A model generated the notes under the pieces. That model did no database searches. It was not told the origin of the DNA and saw only the letters and a program-made list of their open reading frames with translations. DNA of 63,962 nucleotides, the filler included, from Stramenopiles sp. TOSAG23-6 (taxonomy: Eukaryota): assembly GCA_900128565.1 (NCBI GenBank). It is 4 parts of 4 records of this genome, joined end to end, with 100 filler letters (N's around TTAATTAATTAA, not from the genome) between each part and the next. Parts side by side here need not be neighbours in the genome. Positions count along the whole stretch, not along the records: positions 1 to 16,074 come from LT636098.1; positions 16,175 to 32,221 come from LT636099.1; 2 more parts are not named here. One strand, 5' to 3'. Position 1 is the stretch's first letter. Each line of letters opens with the position of its first letter. Below, piece by piece: positions 13,344 to 26,103 of this stretch. The position numbers and the translations under genes are program-made.

Positions 13344-13757
13344 TCATTGTATTGGTTGAGATGGTACACCAAGTCGTTTTGGTTGCTTTGGTGGTTTCAC
13401 CCCCACCTTGGTATTGTCTGAAGTTATAACAGTAGGTAGCACTGTCTCTTCATCTACTGGTTCGAACTCAACGTGTACAGTCGTTGATGATTTTCTAGAA
13501 CAAAAGATACAATTGAATACTCTATATCGAAGCGGTTTTCGAAGATGTGTTACTTTTCCCTTTTTAACTCTTGAGATTATTGTCTCTTGGGGGGAAATTT
13601 TCGCAGACAACGTGTTTTGTTTCTTGGTTGTTGATAGAACAAAAGTATTATTTGGTTGTACGTGAACTTGTTTGTGCTTTTGAGTAAATTCTATAGCGCT
13701 ATGGGCTACAATGATTAGTATTAGAAATACATTCAATCGTAGTATCATATTGAACAT
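13344..13757 (-). CDS. Mirror copy of 2318-2731
   Basis: Exact reverse complement. Confidence 0.4.
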   Translation of the reverse strand: MFNMILRLNVFLILIIVAHSAIEFTQKHKQVHVQPNNTFVLSTTKKQNTLSAKISPQETIISRVKKGKVTHLRKPLRYRVFNCIFCSRKSSTTVHVEFEPVDEETVLPTVITSDNTKVGVKPPKQPKRLGVPSQPIQ

Positions 13758-14095
13758 GTTATATAGTTATACACTCCAAATAAATTCATTCAATAGAAAA
13801 TAATACTTCTTTTAAATCAAATGTTATACTTCGATCAATGTTTTGATTTGATAGCAAATTATCGGCCGACCGGAGGAAATAACAGCGATTACCGATTGTA
13901 GTAATATGCAATATGCGCAGTAGTAGTAGCATTCAAAATTTCAAACTTTGAAAAGGTAGATGTTTTTTTGGGAATTGAAAAATTGGCTAGGGTTAGGGTT
14001 TGAACAAAACAAAAGGTATTTATTTTATTTAAACAATTCTCTCTTTTTGTAAATCAAAATTATCAGAATGACTCAATTCAATTATCTTTTTTAAA

Positions 14096-15214
14096 TTATA
14101 ATGCAATTTTTTTTTTTATGAATGTATCAACTTCAGAAGGCCTATTAAAGCAAAGAAATCTCGGTGAACTAGGCAAAAAGTTTAAGGGACTTTTTAATTC
14201 ACTCATTGTTTTTCTCAAATTGTTTTTTTTGTTTCGTTTTTTCAAAGTATGAATATTTGCTTTGCACAAACCAGAACGAAACTTGATTTTATTACACATG
14301 TTGCACGATCGCCGTTTTGAATATCTTGGATTTTTACAAGGTTTGGGATAGTGGTCACATGCTTCACAATTGAAACACTGGCAGCAATTGCAATCTTTTT
14401 TTTTGCACCAATGACATTTCGATCGACCTCTATATTTCCGTTTTTTATTTGATACGTTTAAAGAGTTTTCATCTGTCACCTTTTTCGTAGATGTACTCTT
14501 CTTTGTCGACTTCTTTGGTGGGTAATTATTATTATTTCTAAGAACACCAGGAGGATTAGAAATACTAGAAATGCTAGGAGTATGTTTCTCATGAGTCATC
14601 TCTTTTGCATCTACATCGAGAAGGCAGCGAAGATCTTCCAACTCTTCTTCTGTAAGCTCTAAATTTGTTATATTACCTGAGGAACAGTTTGCACAACAAG
14701 GGGAACAACACTTTTGCTTTTTCTGAATGACAGTTACAGGAGTATCTTTGAGAGAATCTTTTTCATGAAAGATTTTATCATGAAAGATTTTATCATGAAA
14801 TATTTTATCACTGTTGTGTTCTATCGATGAATCATCCTTACTAACGTTGAGATTCCGTTGTTTTACACAAAAAATGTCTGTCTTTGGTATGCATAAGCCA
14901 TCAGTGCTTTGTTTTTCCGGTTTATTAGAAGCAAAAGACTCTCGAAGAGAATCTTTTTCATGAAAGATTTTATCATGAAAGATTTTATCTGTGTTGTTTT
15001 CTTTAACTCTTTCATCTTTTTCAATACAATGTATAGTAGATGTTTGTTTTTTTATAGTACTATGTTTTGCGCAAGGAAAAGACAAGATTTTAGTGTTTTG
15101 ATTTCCGGGTGCAGTAGCTTGAATAACCTTTGTATGAGAATCTTTTTCATGAAAGATTTTTGAAAAATCTTTTGTGCATGTAATTTCATTTACTTTTTCA
15201 CTACTTTTAAACAT
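14096..15214 (-). CDS. Mirror copy of 861-1979
   Basis: Exact reverse complement. Confidence 0.5.
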   Translation of the reverse strand: MFKSSEKVNEITCTKDFSKIFHEKDSHTKVIQATAPGNQNTKILSFPCAKHSTIKKQTSTIHCIEKDERVKENNTDKIFHDKIFHEKDSLRESFASNKPEKQSTDGLCIPKTDIFCVKQRNLNVSKDDSSIEHNSDKIFHDKIFHDKIFHEKDSLKDTPVTVIQKKQKCCSPCCANCSSGNITNLELTEEELEDLRCLLDVDAKEMTHEKHTPSISSISNPPGVLRNNNNYPPKKSTKKSTSTKKVTDENSLNVSNKKRKYRGRSKCHWCKKKDCNCCQCFNCEACDHYPKPCKNPRYSKRRSCNMCNKIKFRSGLCKANIHTLKKRNKKNNLRKTMSELKSPLNFLPSSPRFLCFNRPSEVDTFIKKKIAL

Positions 15215-15660
15215 TTTTTGCGGTTCTACTTCTATTTTACTGGCATATATCAAGATATTGTCCCTTTGCACTCTTCACATGAGTTGGGACAGATTTGTTT
15301 GTAGTTGTGGTTCATTTTTTTTTTTAAAGCGCGCGTCTATACTGAGTAAGAGGCGTTGGTACGCAAGTACTACACTGTAGATAGTGCCAGGTAGGGACGT
15401 CGTCATTGCGGATTGGATCAATGTCATAGAGACTCATATATATAGGAGCAGGTTTGTGCGAGAATCATTCATTCATTCCATCAGGTATATCTAATATTGA
15501 AAGAATCTATATAATATATACATATATTGAGTTTTTAATTATTTATAATTGTATAATTGATGATAGTTCAGCTCAGCATCACTGTATACTTTTTTAATTA
15601 CTTATAATCGTAGAATTGATGATAGTTCAGCTTAGCATCACTGTATACTTTTTTAATTAT

Positions 15661-15857
15661 TTATAATCGTAGAATTGATGGAAGCTCAGCATCACTGTAT
15701 ACTTTTTCTTGAAAAAATATTCTTGATACGACACACTCAGCGACAATTGTTACATTTGTACATATATAGTATTTTTTACCAAATGCGGAGAAGAGTAATG
15801 TTGATAAGTCTAAATTAAGATAATTCCATCCCGAGACTAAACGTAAAGGCATTGTAC
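15661..15857 (-). CDS. CFAP20: Mirror copy of the CFAP20 last exon
   Basis: Exact reverse complement of 218-414. Confidence 0.55.
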
Positions 15858-15938
15858 ATGTATAGTAAAGAAATATTTTTTTTTTTTTGACTTTTTTTTT
15901 TTTTTGCTTTTTTTATGTTAGGTACGAAATTTACTATG

Positions 15939-15979
<41 letters not shown>

Positions 15980-16074
15980 AAAAAAAAAAAACAAAAAAAA
16001 AATGTTAGGTACAAAATTTCAAACAAAAAAAAATTAAAAAAAAAAAAAATCATAATAGTACTACCTACAAGATT

Positions 16075-16174
16075 NNNNNNNNNNNNNNNNNNNNNNNNNN
16101 NNNNNNNNNNNNNNNNNNTTAATTAATTAANNNNNNNNNNNNNNNNNNNNNNNNNNNNNNNNNNNNNNNNNNNN
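16075..16174. other. Artificial contig linker
   Basis: N44-TTAATTAATTAA-N44, with stops in all frames. Confidence 0.98.
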
Positions 16175-16227
16175 GGTACAAAATTTCGTACGAAAAAAAT
16201 TCGAATTTGAAAAAAAATAAAACATAC

Positions 16228-17427
16228 ATATAACTGACGAGTGACAGCTTTAGCAGCTTTATCACATAAAGCAGGTGACCGACAACCTAGATAAAAATAA
16301 AGTGTTGCTACTTCCAATACGACACCAGAATTTCTACTCATTAGCAAAGGTAATATAGCACGAAGTAGCAGTTTGTGATCTTCATTCATTGAATATTCAA
16401 CATCACTTATTTTGTTTTTCAATTTTTTAGTTGTTTTTCGTTTTTCAGTAATCAAGTCTTCACCATCACTGCTCTCACCTGATTGAGCATAAAATTCATT
16501 CAATGAAATTGGTTTTTTATATGGTATATTATGTGATGTTAAAAGGGCTGATTGGGGGACGTTAGAATTGGATGGAACTGTTAAAGGTGGCGGCTCGAGA
16601 AAGTGCAGACGTGCATGTATTGTGAAAAAATATTTCAAAAAAAAAATTAAATTTGTTAGGTACGAAATTTCGTACGAAAAAAAAAATAAATTAGAAATTC
16701 ATATAAAACGTGCATAACACAACAAGATATTCATTAGCAACATTTGGCTCCATTCGTCAAGATCTGCAACTAGCTGGCAAAGTTTCCGAAAATTTTGATG
16801 CAATAAATCATAACGATCAGGACATACTTCTACAAAAGCTGCTACAGCAGAGCTCAAAACCATTGGCTCTTTATCAGCTAACAACGTCTTTATAGATTCT
16901 ATTAGAACGTCTTTTTGGGATTGATCAAGTTTGAAAAGTTTGGCCACTCCATGAGCAGCAGTTTTTCTCACATATGCGGACGCATCTGTAACACATTGTT
17001 TTACAGCAATTAATTGAATTTGTATAATTTCGCGGACACGAATAGAAGTTAAAACACGTAAAGACAAGGCCCGTATAAGTTGATTAGAGTCTTTAAGGTC
17101 TTTTTGGTATGAATTAATACCCAATAACGCCATCTCCCGACACTGAATAGTCGAGTCAGCATATTGAACAATATACATATATGCCAAACGTTTCAACTCA
17201 ATAGATTTTGCAGATACAGTTTTGACGACAGAAGAAAAGAATTGTGAAACATCACGACCTTTAGATATTTGAGCAAGCAACCACTTCATCCCTTCAATTT
17301 TTTCCGCATCGCCAGAAGCACCAGCCTTACTATCTAGAAGCTTTTTTACCAGCCCAAAATTGATAGTCTCTTCAAAGAAATGTGACTCGCCAATGATGGA
17401 TTTAACACGAGCTTGAGCAGATGTCAT
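16228..17427 (-). CDS. AP3B: AP-3 complex beta subunit, N-terminal part (3' truncated)
   Basis: Adaptin N motifs: GRDVSQFF..VVK, LKRLAYMY, IRALSLRVL, YVRKTAAH, DHKLLL...LLMSRNSGVV. Intron 16615-16713; next donor at 16227. Confidence 0.92.
16615..16713 (-). mobile_element. Introner-like intron, GC-AT, with an 8-nt direct repeat
   Basis: tat|GCACGT..ttcacaataCAT|gca cgt restores LLCY-ARLHF. atgcacgt occurs at both junctions. Confidence 0.8.
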
Positions 17428-17766
17428 TGTTCACCAAAAGAATTTTTTATTGTATTATTATATCTCTATTTTTGCCAATCTCACTTGTCTCGAAAAAAAG
17501 AAAATTTTGTCATGACTCATTTTTGTTGGCCACACGAATAATATTGATGTTTCAATTTGCCTCGGTACCGGGTAACGTATTTTATACAATGCAAATGCAA
17601 ACGGCCAGTCAGCTCACATTACCAAGACTCTACTCGGCAATACTTATACGTATTATCTAAGCAAGTATACATAGAGTACTTGTTGGTAGAATAACATCAT
17701 TACCCACGGGCTTAAAATAGACAGTGTTATTATTTTTAAAATAGATTGCTTCACTCGGAAAAAGTA

Positions 17767-18294
17767 ATGGAAGATTCATTGACAAAGGAAAATACCACCA
17801 AAGATTCAGTCACGGTGGCAGCAGCAGCAGAAGAGCAGCCGACATATGCAAACGCTATGGCTGAGAACTGGGCAAAGAAAGGTGCAAACTCTTATTACTA
17901 TGCTCATAAAAATACCAATATTGGTGCAGGTGCAGAGAATAGCTATGGTGGAGGACCAAAATTAATTCATTCTCAGCCAAAGCAAAGTGTGCAGTCTGAG
18001 AAGAAAGCTAAGCTCATTTCTGGCTACTCTTGGGCAGATGGAAAGAAAACTGTCAAGGTTTACATAGAAATAGAGGGACTTGACGATGTTGCCGAAGACA
18101 AAATCGAAATAAATACAACTTCGACAAGTTTTTCTTTGGCCATACATATGCCCGATACTGACTACACTCTTCAACTGCAAGAACTATATGATGAAATTAA
18201 GGATTGTGTTGTGAAGAAGAAGAACGGCAATCGTTTAGTTTTAGTATTATCAAAGGTAAAAGAGTTTACCTGGTATGAATTAAAGAAAAATTGA
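17767..18294 (+). CDS. CS (p23/SGT1/CacyBP-like) domain co-chaperone
   Basis: ISGYSWADGKKTVKVYI..L..LYDEI..LxK..W.EL motif, plus an N-terminal NSYYYAH. Confidence 0.8.
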   Translation: MEDSLTKENTTKDSVTVAAAAEEQPTYANAMAENWAKKGANSYYYAHKNTNIGAGAENSYGGGPKLIHSQPKQSVQSEKKAKLISGYSWADGKKTVKVYIEIEGLDDVAEDKIEINTTSTSFSLAIHMPDTDYTLQLQELYDEIKDCVVKKKNGNRLVLVLSKVKEFTWYELKKN

Positions 18295-18624
18295 AAACAA
18301 AATGTGTGTCAATTTGGAAGTTGCATGTCTGCTTCATTTTTAAATAAAATTGAAAAAAAATACAGGAATTTTCGACCAAGTTTTAAATAAATGTATTACA
18401 GTTGTTGTATATGCAAAACAGCACCTAGTACAGTAGCTACTGTAGTTACATTTTTCTATCTCTCAATTAACATTTTGAGGTGGTTTGATATGACATAAAA
18501 TTTAGATTTGGATAATTATGCTTTTAATTGTTATTTTATTACGATTACATTTCCAAACGAACACAAGAATTCATACCATAAACTCGTACACTTCTTGCTT
18601 GAAATCAAGTATTAGTATAGTAAC

Positions 18625-20550
18625 TCACTGGCTTTGTTGAAAAGGCAGTTGCGACTTCGTCACATCACTTGCTGAATCGGTTGCATCACTACTATGAATA
18701 TTCGTCGGACTTAAAGGATTATTAAATGCAGCTGTTCCAGTTTGTTCAAAACCAGAGTTTGTATCAAAAAAGTTATTTGGATTCAAACGTGGCGGTTCAA
18801 CAGTAGTCATGACGACTTGCTTGCTAAGCCTAAGACCTAATGAATTTAAATTGTTCTGCTTTTGAACTCTTCCGTCCGATGTCAACACTTGAGCACTGTC
18901 AACGTCAGTATCAGAGGAATGCAAAGACGGTACATCTGGACTCGTCGGGGGAGAAACATTATTAAGTTTTGCTATCCTAATTGTAGAATCAGGAACATTA
19001 CCTAACGCGACAGATAATGATTTCTCATCTACAATACTAGAATCCGGGGATATAAAAGGTGAAGTATTTGAAGACGATCGATGTTGAAGGGGAAGTGAAC
19101 TATTGGATACAGTAAGTGCTACATCAGATGGCGCACCCTCCGTAACAATTCGTTCACTACTTCCAGGTGCAGTTGACGTATTATTCGAAATAGTAACAAT
19201 AAGAGGTGTACTAATTGCAGAAGTACTAAGCTCCTCCGCAGTATTTGGGGATTTGGATTCCGGTGTATTCGTTTGTGATTTATCTGGTGTAGTTGCAGCA
19301 GAAAGAACATGCTGCTGATCTTGCTGTTGTTGTTTAATTTGTTGTTGCAACTGCAATTGTTGCTGTTCTGTAGATTCAGCCAATGAAACTGCCTCAATAT
19401 CTGCAGGAGACAACTTATAACCAATTTCTTTGTATTCCTTTAATACGCGAAGCAATTTGTTTCGCTGAATTCTTGTACCCACTTGCATTTCATCTAAATC
19501 GTCCGCTTCTAAATCTTTAAGCATCGAACCATCAACTTCATCCGCCCGAAATTTTTCTATAAACGCGCTTAATTTATTCGCACGCAATATATTCACAACA
19601 ACTTCCATACCTAATTCTTCAAGCGGAACATTTTCTGAACTATCTTCTACCATATTATCAACTGAAGCGTTTGATGAACTTTTTGGTAAAGGCGGTGATA
19701 CTACTGCCGAGGGTTTTGATGATGTTGATGTGTCTACACTATTTATACTACCCACACTACTAACAACACTTCTATTTTTCTCCAATGCAATACCATTGCT
19801 AGCGTTTTTAGATACTAAAGATGGTTGTTTTGTTTGCGCATTTGGTATTTCTTGGGGGTTTTGTAAAATAACTGGTTGTGATTGAGTAGGAATAGAAGAA
19901 GCAGCTGAATTTCCTGTCAAATTCTGCGACAAAGAATCACTTATTTTTCCATTTAAGACAGAACCGTTTGTTGATTCAATAGAAGCATTTCTAGAAGAAG
20001 GCAAAAAAGACGTTGAATCATTTTTGATGACAATACCACGACGATTTTTGTTATCCTTGTACCCTTCTTCCCACAACGTCCGGAGTTGTCTGCGCATCTT
20101 CTTGGAGGTGAGATATTTGGCAGGCGTCGTTCCCCATTTCGTTTCAGCATCAAAATCTGCACCTTTCTTTATCAAAAACTCAGCTAATTCAAAATTTCCA
20201 TTTGAACAAGCAAAGTGAAGAGGGGTGGCTTTACTTACAGAGGCGGAGTTAACACTCGCGCCGTATTGTTCCACCAAAATCTTAACAATCGGTAAGTGGT
20301 CTTCCCGACTCGCCTCGTGTAACGGTTCGAAATTTGAGTTATCTGAGACACCTGGATCTGCACCTCGAACTAATAAAGCTTTAACGATTTCTGTATGACC
20401 TCGACTACACGCAATGTGAAGCGGGGTAAAACCAAAATCAGTGCTTATATTGACGTCGAAGTCGTCAACAAGGATCATCTGCTTCACTTTTTCTACGTCA
20501 TTATTTTCTACTGCGGCGAAAAAAGAGGAGCCTTTGTCAGACTCGTCCAT
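18625..20550 (-). CDS. Ankyrin repeat + SAM domain protein
   Basis: N-terminal GFTPLHIAC/ATPLHFAC repeats, a SAM motif (FRADEVDGSML..L..DL) and a low-complexity tail. Intronless. Confidence 0.85.
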   Translation of the reverse strand: MDESDKGSSFFAAVENNDVEKVKQMILVDDFDVNISTDFGFTPLHIACSRGHTEIVKALLVRGADPGVSDNSNFEPLHEASREDHLPIVKILVEQYGASVNSASVSKATPLHFACSNGNFELAEFLIKKGADFDAETKWGTTPAKYLTSKKMRRQLRTLWEEGYKDNKNRRGIVIKNDSTSFLPSSRNASIESTNGSVLNGKISDSLSQNLTGNSAASSIPTQSQPVILQNPQEIPNAQTKQPSLVSKNASNGIALEKNRSVVSSVGSINSVDTSTSSKPSAVVSPPLPKSSSNASVDNMVEDSSENVPLEELGMEVVVNILRANKLSAFIEKFRADEVDGSMLKDLEADDLDEMQVGTRIQRNKLLRVLKEYKEIGYKLSPADIEAVSLAESTEQQQLQLQQQIKQQQQDQQHVLSAATTPDKSQTNTPESKSPNTAEELSTSAISTPLIVTISNNTSTAPGSSERIVTEGAPSDVALTVSNSSLPLQHRSSSNTSPFISPDSSIVDEKSLSVALGNVPDSTIRIAKLNNVSPPTSPDVPSLHSSDTDVDSAQVLTSDGRVQKQNNLNSLGLRLSKQVVMTTVEPPRLNPNNFFDTNSGFEQTGTAAFNNPLSPTNIHSSDATDSASDVTKSQLPFQQSQ

Positions 20551-21061
20551 CGCAATTCACTGTCAAATAGACAGTATGTACTCTATAAATGTATTTTATG
20601 TCTATATCATTGATATATAATCCTTTCTTTTGTCGATTGAATGGCAGGGGGAATTGGTAGTGTGCTGGTTGTTAGAGATATGGATGTTAAGTACGGATAT
20701 TTGTATGAAAAAGTTTCAGAGGCGGTGGACTGCAAAAGCTCTGCGAGCAAATACAATAGCGGTTAGGTTTTGGATCCATGGAAGAAAATAATGACCCCTT
20801 GCGATTTTTCCTAGGTTTTACGTACAAAACAGTGTATAAAATTGCCAAGGGGTCTACAATTGATTCCGTTATAATTATCGCACCGGCTTAAACCAAAGGT
20901 ATATCTTAAACTGAACAAAACACGAAATCTGAAGGAAATGTCTCGCGCGTCAATCGTCTTGATATAAAAGATGAAAGAAGGCCAACCTTAGTACTCCACG
21001 ACACTAATAGTACCTAAATTGTCACTTCATTGGAATAGTGTTTCTCATACATTAGTATTGA

Positions 21062-23055
21062 ATGTCAAACAGGAAACGCAGTTCAAATAAAATGCTGCAT
21101 TCGAAATCGAATGAAACAAATATTCAGAAAACTACACCTAATGCGAGTAAGCGACGTCGTTTGACCTCAAAGAATGGAGAAAAACAAATACAAAGTGAAT
21201 CACCTAATCAGAAAAAAAACGTTCTTCGGTTTTCTTGGGAAGACGATTTCTATAATGATGTAACCCTAGTTTGTGGAGTTGAAGAAGATATATTGAGATG
21301 CTCACGAATCATGCTTGCAGGAGTTTCTCCTATATTTGATAGATTATTTCGTTCTGACTTCAAAGAGACAAGTTCTCAAGGAGAAGTTAGAGTTGTTGTG
21401 CCTCTTACTTCCGCTACAGTTGTGCGGTTTGCTCTTAATTTTATTTACGATCGTGTTATCGACAATAATCTTCTTGACCCAGATATGGTTAAATACATTG
21501 TTCCTCTTTATAATTTTTCTGAAATGTGGGAAATTCGAGGACTCTCAAAGTATATATGTTCCTTCTTTGATAAGGGTAAGAAAGTCAAATGGATCTCACA
21601 ATTTTTATCTGTTTTTCAAAGTGCGCGATTGAGTAATTTCGATAAACTTTGCGATGCAATAAATGGTATACTTCATGAAAATGCTTACATCGTATTTGTA
21701 CTGCGAGAGAAAAATATTGAAGTGGATCAAAAAATATTTGCATCAATATCACCAGAGGTGATGCTAGATTTAATGCACACAGTCTACAAGGGAAAAGATT
21801 CCTCTCGACCAATGCTTTGTGAGATTGATATTTTTCGCTCTATTATTCTTTGGACAAAGTCATGCATCAGTCAGTTAGAAAAAAAATGGGAAATTGACGA
21901 TAAAAACGACGAAAGTGACAAAGAAAATGAAAAGAAACTAAAAATTGAGGGGATTGGCACTACACAAATTGAGGGGAATGGCACCTCCCCGGTGATGAAT
22001 GTTCCAAGTGCCATCGCACTGAAAAAAACATCTCACACTTCGTCAAACATTTCAACGAAAAAGTTTGATCGAGCAGTGAAAATGCTGGAATTAATTGTAC
22101 GTTTTCTTAATCTAATCAATTTGATTTTTTTTTTTTGATGTCGTACGAAATTTCGTACCTAACGAATTTCGAATATAAAATATTTTTCACAGAACTTGAA
22201 CGTTCCAAATGGGTAATGTCGAATTTATCTTTGCAATGGTATCGCTTGGTACCTAATCTCATAAAGACAGAAATCGAACCTTGTAGACTTTGCTCGGATA
22301 ATTTATTAATAAAACTTTATCGCCAATCAAGTAGTATCACAGGCCATAGGAAGTTACAAATTTATCATCCAAAATCATATAAATCAACTCCGTATCAATC
22401 AAGTTCTACGGTTGCTAGGAATTTTAGGCGGGTTAGGGTTACAAATGGTGAAGAAGATGAAAGTGGTGGGGATCTCCCACGGCTTATTAGGGTTTTGAGT
22501 GAAGAAGATGAAAGTGAAGAAGATGAAAGTGAAGAAGATGAAAGTGAAGAAGAAGAAAGTGAAGAAGAAAGAAGTGAAGAAGAAGAAAGAAGTGAAGAAG
22601 AAAGTGAAGAAGACGTTAATACCTCTACTAAAACATCTAAAAGTTCAAAGAAAAAACTTGAAGTAAGAAAACATGAAACCTGTGTACCTACATCAACTGT
22701 ATCAGAGTATACATCCTACACAAAAAAAATATCTCCTGATGAAGATAAACTAGGTCTTACAACTTTTAAATCGGTCGATTTGAATGGTTTTGGAATATTA
22801 TTTCTAAAAGAGGATTCTGATGAATTAATTAAAAGGGGTGTTATGACTGCGTATGATGCAAAATCAGGAAGACATTTGGTTATATTTGAGTCAGGCCTTT
22901 CTTGTGGTTGGTATAATGTAGAGTTACTTATTAAGTGCAATACGAAGGAAGCTACTGTGTGTCTAACTCCAAATAGTATCAATACTATTTCAAAAAGTGT
23001 TGGTAAAACTATTAAAAAGTATATGAACATTATCAAGAGTGGGAGGGAAATGTGA
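21062..23055 (+). CDS. BTB/POZ(-BACK) domain protein, 2 exons
   Basis: DVTLVCG..CSRIMLAGVSPIFDRLF..F.E BTB motif. A family intron starts at 22097. Confidence 0.75.
22097..22197 (+). mobile_element. Introner-like intron, probable GT-TT
   Basis: att|GTACGT..ttcacagaaCTT|gaa. The nearby CAG (ending 22192) is out of phase with the donor. Confidence 0.55.
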
Positions 23056-23162
23056 TTTTATGATTGTTTATTGTTTATTTATATAAAAATTCAATAATAA
23101 TAATGATAAAGAGATTATACGCGAATATTAATTTATTATAATCATTATATACTAATTGTATT

Positions 23163-24880
23163 TCATTTGGAACGCCATAAATGTAAAGAACGGTCATAGA
23201 AAGAACAAGTAACAATTAATGGTTCTTTATCCTTGATATAATCTTCATGTTGCACCCAGTCAGCTCCGTAAACCATAGATGAATGCTGATTATGCCATGA
23301 AATATTACTTAATTGTACATTTGATGCATTTGATTCAAAGCGTTGTTCATTGCGCCCAACATCCAACGTATATGCACCACCTCGCATACATGCTGCTAAT
23401 AACATATTTTTTGCATTTGGAGACGGATTCCATTTCAAACGCCAGATGCCGCCGCATACTTTATCATTTGGAGGGAACCATCTAGAGATTGGTCCTTTTT
23501 GTATGGCTCGAGTATCCCAGAGCCTAACACATCCGTCATATGAGCCACTTGCTAGAACATTAGGGTAATATGGATGACTTTGTATCGTCGTGACACCTGC
23601 AGAATGTTCAGATATTGGTGCTTTTGCTTGAGGAGTTAAAAAGTCACAACGAAGATCCCAAGCAAATAAGTTGGAGTCATATTTTGTGAAAAANTATTTT
23701 TTTTTNGTAAAAAAAAATCGTTAGGTACAAAATTTTCTATGAAAAAAAAATGAAAGGAATGATGAAAACATACATCAGCACCAGAGAAAAGCACATTTGG
23801 TGAATGTGCGTCATATGCTGCAATCCACACTTCGGCTTCAGCTCCACCAGGATACCTATGAGCAGACCAACGTTTTTCTAAAGATATATCTTCACCTGGT
23901 CTACCCACCCTATAGAGTGCTAACTTACCATCTGATTGACTGGTAGCTACTTGAGGAGATATCGTCGGAGTTATTCTTGTCGACCAATCGAGTGATAGTA
24001 CATGTGGTATTGTAGAAGACATTTCACTACATGGTGCTGCATCACCCTTTGCAATTTCGTGTAAACCAGAATTGTTCACATTATTAGGATGAGTGAACGA
24101 AAATATCTGAAAGCAACCATCAGCTGTTACTACACCTAAAACAGCTCCTCCAGATGACACATCACCATGAAAGTTGGTATCATTATCGTCATTATTATCA
24201 TTATCAAGAGACATATAAAGTGGCTGAGGACTCCACTTTAAGTCAAATACAGCTGATAAATCCACATGGCCTTGTTGACGAAGTTTTGTAGCATCACTTT
24301 CCTTAGAAGCAAGGGTACATGTAGTATAATCTTTTCTACCATCTATTTTATAAGTATATATTTGCCCACTTTTTATACCAGTGGACTTATCCAAGTGATA
24401 CGAACCGACGACAGCGTATTCATTATATGTGTCAATCGGACACCACTCAATTGAATCAGCTTCCAAAGAAGTATTTTGCTTTTGAATTGCATCGGTGCTA
24501 GTCAGGGAAAACTCCTCAAAATTTATACCAGAAACAGGAAAAGAAGCAAATGGATCACGTAATTTACCATGATCACGTGCAAGTGACTGTGCACGCTGCT
24601 CAATTACAACAGTATTATCCTGAACAAGTGACTGTTGCTCAACTACAAGTGACTGTTGCTTAACTACAACAGTAGGTTCGCTACAGCCTGGTACATCTAT
24701 TTCCTCTAAAAACAACTCCTTTGATCTTACATCGGCAGCAATGTTTTCAACAAAGGCTGCTTCACTTTCACTTTGTCCTTCTTCAGCATAATCCGACTCG
24801 TTACACTCACTCTCAGACGAATCAGAAAAGTCAGAACCAAATAAAGTTGTTGATACACCAAGAGGAATACACTTTTCCAT
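23163..24880 (-). CDS. DPH7: Diphthine methyl ester acylhydrolase (WD40), 2 exons
   Basis: ADSIEWCP, EVWIAAYD, SGAD|DSNLFAWDLR, SMVYGADW and TCSFYD motifs. Confidence 0.88.
23679..23773 (-). mobile_element. Introner-like intron, GT-AT
   Basis: gat|GTATGT..ttcacaaaaTAT|gac restores the conserved SGxDD. Confidence 0.85.
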
Positions 24881-25634
24881 TATCCAAACTTAGTATACGC
24901 AAAGAATGTATAGTTCTACAACACCTATTTTCAAGTGTAGCTAGCTTTTCAGTGGCAAATGTAACTACTTGTCTTCAAGAAGTACTATCATCACTTAAAA
25001 TAGTTTACTGGTGGTTTATTATGTTATAGTCCAGTCAAGATTTAGATGTGGCCGTATACTATATACTGTAGTACTTAGCGGACATAGTAAAAGCGTGATT
25101 TATGCTGACTGTATATATACGTAGTATAAAACCCTAACCCTAGCTTTTTAGTTGACGATATATCAGCTGAAAAAACGAACGCCAATGGAGGGTAGAAAAA
25201 CAGTTCTAAGCATTCACAGGGATATCAAAAGGAGGAGGAGGATATAATGATAAATGCAGAGAACTGAAAAATTTCTTAGAACAATGCAAAAAAAGTATCC
25301 CCTTTGCTTTCAGTCAGTTGCCGATGAAACAAAGAAGAAAAAGCGTTTTGTATCTCCGTTTTTTGCGTTTTGTATCTCCGTTTTTACTCCAAATATTGAA
25401 AATTTTATAGAAAAAACTTAAAAAAAGAGATTGTTCAAATCGAGTACATTATTTTATTTTTTAGTAATGATATCATAAAGTACCATAAGACATCGTATAC
25501 GTATTACTTTATCTGAAGTATGTTCTTGTGCTGTATACAGTACTTATTCATTTAGTAAATAAAGAGCACGTGTAAAATAATTATGAGTTTTTGAATTATC
25601 AACGGAAGTTTCAATATACTTCACTTACATATGC

Positions 25635-25835
25635 CTAACCCATACCGCGCTGACGGCGTAATACTTTCTTAAAACATTTGTTCAAGGTTCGGAACTCAGA
25701 TTCGCAGCTACCTTTATCAAGTTTTTTATTTGTAATCTTTGTCGCGACACAATCTCCGTACACAACAATGTCTTTGGGACAAATAATCAACATTTGCGCA
25801 AAAACACGCCCAAATCGTGAGCGCTCACTAGCCAT
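25635..25835 (-). CDS. NDUFAF8: Twin-Cx9C protein, NDUFAF8-like complex I assembly factor
   Basis: C..IVVYGDCV...LDKGSCESEF..L.KCF. Confidence 0.7.
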   Translation of the reverse strand: MASERSRFGRVFAQMLIICPKDIVVYGDCVATKITNKKLDKGSCESEFRTLNKCFKKVLRRQRGMG

Positions 25836-26103
25836 TATCTTGTGATATGAGATTGCATATGAAATGTATCAAATGAATGTTTTATTGCATCGAGTTGTGC
25901 TGAAAAAAAAGGAAACAGTTGCTATGAGCTATAGTTGTTGTTTGTGAGGTATGATCGATGCTAATAGGCAAGACTTAGTCGAGTCACACGCGTGCCACGT
26001 GTCAGCGCTATGAGTCAACGACGTTTAATTAATACCTTCTTCATCTCGACGTGCTACTTTACAGTTAATAATCATCTTGTGAGTATCGACTGGATAAAGA
26101 GGA

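Larger units (their letters stand above)
1..16074. repeat. Perfect 16-kb inverted duplication (palindromic contig), centre 8037/8038; probable assembly artefact
   Basis: Every ORF mirrors at i<->16075-i. Even the ambiguous N at 3091 is mirrored at 12984. The centre lies in an intronic polyT/polyA tract. Confidence 0.97.

Noticed and set aside
1-16074. Giant palindrome as a real hairpin chromosome, linear element or amplicon
   Set aside because: The arms are identical down to a mirrored N (3091/12984) and the centre is a low-complexity tract inside a repeat intron. This is typical of assembly or amplification fold-back.
16119-16130. TTAATTAATTAA motif (also 32266 and 48363)
   Set aside because: Artificial spacer between concatenated contigs, so gene neighbourhoods across it are meaningless.
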